Shown here piece after piece: positions 59,061-64,000 of a stretch of DNA of 64,000 nt. Each line of letters begins with the position of its first letter. Position 1 is the first letter of the stretch. The stretch comes from Eledone cirrhosa (Eukaryota): positions 115,506,001-115,570,000 of the forward strand of contig OZ024741.1 of assembly GCA_964016885.1 (NCBI GenBank), in the 5' to 3' direction. A program made the translations under genes and the position numbers. A model generated the notes under the pieces. That model did not search any database and had not been told where the DNA came from. It worked only from the letters and a program-made list of their open reading frames with translations.

Positions 59061-62000
59061 GGTTACATTTGTCATAGAATATAGATATAACCCAGAATGA
59101 AAGATGTTCTTGAGATGGGGGTTACATTTGTCATAGAATATAGATATAACTCTGATTGAAAGATGTTCTTGAGGTGGAGGTTACATTTGTCATAGAATAT
59201 AGATATAACCCAAAATGAAAGATGTTCTTGAGGTGGGGGTTACATTTGTCATAGAATATAGATATAACTCTGATTGAAAGATGTTCTTGAGGTGGGGGTT
59301 ACATTTGTCATAGAATATAGATATAACTCTGATTGAAAGATGTTCTTGAGGTGGAGGTTACATTTGTCATAGAATATAGATATAACCCAGAATGAAAGAT
59401 GTACTTGAGGTGGGGGTTACATTTGTCATAGAATATAGATATAACTCTGACTGAAAGATATTATTGAGGTAGGGGTTACAATTGTCATAGAATATAGATA
59501 TAACTCTGATCGAAAGAAATACTTGAGGTGGGGGTTACATTTGTCATAGAATAGAGATATAACACTGATTGAAAGATGATCTGGAGGTAGGGTTACATTT
59601 GTCATAGAATATAGATATAACTCTGTTTGAAAGATGTTCTTGAGATGGGGGTTACATATGTCATAGAATATAGATATAACTCAGATTGAAAGATGTTCTT
59701 GAGGTGGGGTTACATTTGTCATAGAATATAGATATAACTTTGATTGAAAGATGTTCTTGAGGTGGGGGTTACATTTGTCATAGAATATAGATATAACACT
59801 GATTGAAAGATTTTGTTGAGGTAGGGGTTACATTTGTCATAGAATATAGATATAACTATGATTGAAAGATGTTCTTGAGGTAGGGGTTACATTTGTCATA
59901 GAATATAGATATAACGCTGATTGAAAGATGTTCTTGAAGTAGGGGTTACATTTGTCATAGAATATAGATATAACTCAGAATACAAGATTATCTTGAGGTA
60001 GGGGTTACATTTGTTATAGAATATAGATATAACCCTGATTGAAAGATGTTCTTGAGGTGGGGGTTACATTTGTAATAGAATATAGATATAACTCTGATAG
60101 AAAGATGTTCTTGAGGTGGTGGTTACATTTGTCATAGAATATAGATATAACTCTGATTGGAAGATATTATTGAGGTAGGGGTTACAATTGTCATAGAATA
60201 TAGATATAACTCTGATCGAAAGAAATACTTGAGGAGGAGGTTACATTTGTCATAGAATAGAGATATAACACTGATTGAAAGATGATCTGGAGCTAGGGTT
60301 ACATTTGTCATAGAATATAGATATAACTCTGTTTGAAAGATGTTCTTGAGATGGGGGTTACATATGTCATAGAATATAGATATAACTCAGATTGAAAGAT
60401 GTTCTTGAGGTGGGGTTACATTTGTCATAGAATATAGATATAACTCTGATTGAAAGATGTTCTTGAGGTGGGGTTACATTTGTCATAGAATATAGATATA
60501 ACACTGATTGAAAGATTTTGTTGAGGTAGGGGTTACATTTGTCATAGAATATAGATATAACTATGATTGAAAGATGTTCTTGAGGTAGGGGTTACATTTG
60601 TCATAGAATATAGATATAACGCTGATTGAAAGATGTTCTTGAAGTAGGGGTTACATTTGTTATAGAATATAGATATAACTCTGAATGCAAGATATTCTTA
60701 GGTAGGGGTTACATTTGTCATAGAATATAGATATAACACTGATTGAAAGATTTTGTTGAGGTAGGGGTTACATTTTTCATAGAATATAGATATAACTATG
60801 ATTGAAAGATATTCTTGAGGTAGGGTTACATTTGTCATAGAATATAGATATAACGCTGATTGAAAGATTATCCTGAAGTAGGGGTTACATTTGTCATAGG
60901 ATATAGATATAACTCTGATTGAAAGATGTTCTTGAGATGGGGGTTACATTTGTCATAGAATATAGATATAACTCTGATTGAAAGATGTTCTTGAGGTGGG
61001 GGTTATATTTGTCATAGAATATAGATATAACTCTGATTGAAAGATGTTCTTGAGATGGGGGTTACATTTGTCATAGAATATAGATATATCTCTGATTGAA
61101 AGATGTTCTTGATCTGGAGGTTACATTTGTCATAGAATATAGATATAACTCTGATAGAAAGATGTTCTTGAGGTGGGGGTTACATTTGTCATAGAATATA
61201 GATATAACTCTGATTGAAAGATGTTCTTGAGATGGGGGTTACATTTGTCATAGAATATAGATATATCTCTGATTGAAAGATGTTCTTGATCTGGAGGTTA
61301 CATTTGTCATAGAATATAGATATAACTCTGATAGAAAGATGTTCTTGAGGTGGGGGTCACATTTGTCATAGAATATAGATATAACCCTGATTGAAAGATG
61401 TTCTGGAGGTGGGGTTACATTTGTCATAGAATATAGATATAACTCAGAATACAAGATTATCTTGAGGTAGGGGTTACATTTGTTATAGAATATAGATATA
61501 ACCCTGATTGAAAGATGTTCTTGAGGTGGGGGTTACATTTGTAATAGAATATAGATATAACTCTGATAGAAAGATGTTCTTGAGGTGGGGGTTACATTTG
61601 TCATAGAATATAGATATAACTCTGATTGAAAGATGTTCTTGAGGTGGAGGTTACATTTGTCATAGAATATAGATATAACTCTGATTGAAAGATGTTCTTG
61701 AGGTGGGGGTTACATTTGTCATAGAATATAGATATAACTCTGATTGAAAGATGTTCTTGAGGTGGGGGTTACATTTGTCATAGAATATAGATATAACTCT
61801 GATTGAAAGATGTTCTTGACGTGGGGGTTACATTTGTCATAGAATATAGATATAACTCTGATTGAAAGATGTTCTTGAGGTGGAGGTTACATTTGTCATA
61901 GAATATAGATATAACCCAGAATGAAAGATGTTCTTGAGATGGGGGTTACATTTGTCATAGAATATAGATATAACTCTGATTGAAAGATGTTCTTGAGGTG

Positions 62001-64000
62001 GAGGTTACATTTGTCATAGAATATAGATATAACCCAGAATGAAAGATGTTCTTGAGGTGAGGGTTACATTTGTTATAGAATATAGATATAACTCTGATTG
62101 AAAGATGTTCTTGAGGTGGGGGTTACATTTGTCATAGAATATAGATATAACTCTGATTGAAAGATGTTCTTGAGGTGGAGGTTACATTTGTCATAGAATA
62201 TAGATATAACCCAGAATGAAAGATGTACTTGAGGTGGGGGTTACATTTGTCATAGAATATAGATATAACTCTGACTGAAAGATATTATTGAGGTAGGGGT
62301 TACAATTGTCATAGAATATAGATATAACTCTGATCGAAAGAAATACTTGAGGTGGGGGTTACATTTGTCATAGAATAGAGATATAACACTGATTGAAAGA
62401 TGATCTGGAGGTAGGGTTACATTTGTCATAGAATATAGATATAACTCTGTTTGAAAGATGTTCTTGAGATGGGGGTTACATATGTCATAGAATATAGATA
62501 TAACTCAGATTGAAAGATGTTCTTGAGGTGGGGTTACATTTGTCATAGAATATAGATATAACTTTGATTGAAAGATGTTCTTGAGGTGGGGGTTACATTT
62601 GTCATAGAATATAGATATAACACTGATTGAAAGATTTTGTTGAGGTAGGGGTTACATTTGTCATAGAATATAGATATAACTATGATTGAAAGATGTTCTT
62701 GAGGTAGGGGTTACATTTGTCATAGAATATAGATATAACGCTGATTGAAAGATGTTCTTGAAGTAGGGGTTACATTTGTCATAGAATATAGATATAACTC
62801 AGAATACAAGATTATCTTGAGGTAGGGGTTACATTTGTTATAGAATATAGATATAACACTGATTGAAAGATGTTCTTGAGGTGGGGGTTACATTTGTAAT
62901 AGAATATAGATATAACTCTGATAGAAAGATGTTCTTGAGGTGGGGGTTACATTTGTCATAGAATATAGATAAAACTCTGATTGGAAGATGTTCTTGAGGT
63001 GGAGGTTACATTTGTCATAGAATATAGATATAAATCTGATTGAAAGATGTTCTTGAGGTGGGGGTTACATTTGTCATAGAATATAGATATAACTCTGATT
63101 GAAAGATGTTCTTGAGGTGGGGGTTACATTTGTCAGAGAATATAGATATAACTCTGATTGAAAGATGTTCTTGAGGTGGGGGTTACATTTGTCATAGAAT
63201 ATAGATATAACTCTGATTGAAAGATGTTCTTGACGTGGGGGTTACATTTGTCATAGAATATAGATATAACTCTGATTGAAAGATGTTCTTGAGGTGGAGG
63301 TTACATTTGTCATAGAATATAGATATAACCCAGAATGAAAGATGTTCTTGAGATGGGGTTACATTTGTCATAGAATATAGATATAACTCTGATTGAAAGA
63401 TGTTCTTGAGGTGGAGGTTACATTTGTCATAGAATATAGATATAACCCAGAATGAAAGATGTTCTTGAGGTGGGGGTTACATTTGTCATAGAATATAGAT
63501 ATAACTCTGATTGAAAGATGTTCTTGAGGTGGAGGTTACATTTGTCATAGAATATAGATATAACCCAGAATGAAAGATGTACTTGAGGTGGGGGTTACAT
63601 TTGTCATAGAATATAGATATAACTCTGACTGAAAGATATTATTGAGGTAGGGGTTACATTTGTCATAGAATATAGATATAACGCTGATTGAAAGATGTTC
63701 TTGAAGTAGGGGTTACATTTGTCATAGAATATAGATATAACTCTGAATGCAAGATATTCTTAGGTAGGGGTTACATTTGTCATAGAATATAGATATAACA
63801 CTGATTGAAAGATTTTGTTGAGGTAGGGGTTACATTTTTCATAGAATATAGATATAACTATGATTGAAAGATATTCTTGAGGTAGGGGTTACATTTGTCA
63901 TAGAATATAGATATAACGCTGATTGAAAGATTATCCTGAAGTAGGGGTTACATTTGTCATAGGATATAGATATAACTCTGATTGAAAGATGTTCTTGAGA
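59061..64000. repeat. Near-identical copy of 49461-54400 (offset 9600 bp, >=4.9 kb, continues past the window end)
   Basis: The printed 60-base lines match at offset 9600 (e.g. 49801/59401, 54361/63961; ORFs 51648/61248). I noticed only three differences by eye (~59213, ~62060, ~62074). Confidence 0.9.

Larger units (their letters stand above)
1..64000. repeat. Tandem satellite DNA array, 59-bp monomer (consensus GGTTACATTTGTCATAGAATATAGATATAACTCTGATTGAAAGATGTTCTTGAGGTGGG), ~1,085 copies, running off both window ends
   Basis: GTTACATTTGTCATAGAATATAGATATAAC or a close variant recurs every 58-59 bp from the first line to the last. The pattern shifts by ~1 base per 60-base line. No non-repeat insert or inverted monomer was seen. 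Confidence 0.99.
41800..64000. repeat. Satellite variant domain C (derivative of B with extra private markers)
   Basis: Keeps the B markers and adds GGTCACATTT (first ~41811), TGACGTGGG (first ~45687), ACTTTGATTG (first ~46430), GGTGGTGGTT, GGAGCTAGGG and GATAAAACTC. Confidence 0.65.

Noticed and set aside
22982-61454. Twenty 68-aa minus-strand ORFs (MYSELYLYSMTNVTPPPEHL...)
   Set aside because: They are translations of ~3.5 satellite monomers. The start is a TTG created by the CAGAATACAA variant, and the frame stays open only through a 58-bp TTCTGG monomer. The 59-bp period is not a multiple of 3, so the peptide just cycles through the reading frames of the repeat. I recognise no protein domain.
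1-64000. CRISPR array (30-bp GTT...AAC palindromic 'repeat' plus ~29-bp 'spacer')
   Set aside because: The 'spacers' are all point variants of one sequence and recur many times, and the 'repeat' itself varies. There is no leader or cas gene in the window.
1-64000. G-quadruplex array from GGTGGGGG tracts
   Set aside because: There is only one G-tract of three or more per 59 bp, so loops would be ~50 nt, far outside canonical G4 spacing.
1-64000. True telomeric repeat tract
   Set aside because: GGGTTA occurs singly within a 59-bp unit and never as tandem hexamers.
1-64000. Transposon or MITE insertions, inversions, tandem tRNA/5S/snRNA genes, promoters, terminators
   Set aside because: No non-satellite sequence or reverse-oriented monomer was seen. 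The monomer does not resemble tRNA or 5S rRNA, and TATA-like words are simply part of the AT-rich repeat.
1-64000. Pure sequencing artefact (rolling-circle concatemer or collapsed repeat)
   Set aside because: Variants are shared in ordered, nested multi-kb blocks with private SNPs, which random read error or a single-template concatemer would not produce. Individual duplications still need read validation.
23581-64000. Round-number offsets (3000 and 9600 bp) as a sign of synthetic construction
   Set aside because: Both fit whole monomer counts once 58-bp variants are included (51 and ~163 monomers), the copies carry SNP differences, and the other offsets are not round.

Overview
The whole 64 kb is one uninterrupted head-to-tail tandem satellite array of a ~59-bp monomer, about 1,085 copies (64000/~58.9), all in the same orientation. 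The + strand consensus is GGTTACATTTGTCATAGAATATAGATATAACTCTGATTGAAAGATGTTCTTGAGGTGGG (34% GC; 15 G vs 5 C). I found no genes, RNA genes, transposons, inversions or unique sequence. The 20 near-identical 68-aa minus-strand ORFs are by-products of the repeat. The interest lies in the internal architecture. (i) Each monomer has a relatively conserved, quasi-palindromic 30-bp core (GTTAC...ATAAC) and a more variable ~29-bp half, superficially like a CRISPR array but with homologous 'spacers'. (ii) Diagnostic monomer variants recur in fixed order, forming an irregular higher-order repeat of roughly 36-39 monomers. (iii) There are three variant domains: A ~1-21.9 kb, B ~21.9-41.8 kb and C ~41.8-64 kb. 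(iv) Nested multi-kb duplications have offsets readable from private SNPs (5298, 7653, 3059/3000, 8242-8246, 2296, 1883, 942, 9600 and 26844 bp). A eukaryotic centromeric, pericentromeric or subtelomeric satellite is the most likely identity; this is inference, and I cannot identify the organism or satellite family. Block boundaries were found by eye and are accurate to about one monomer.
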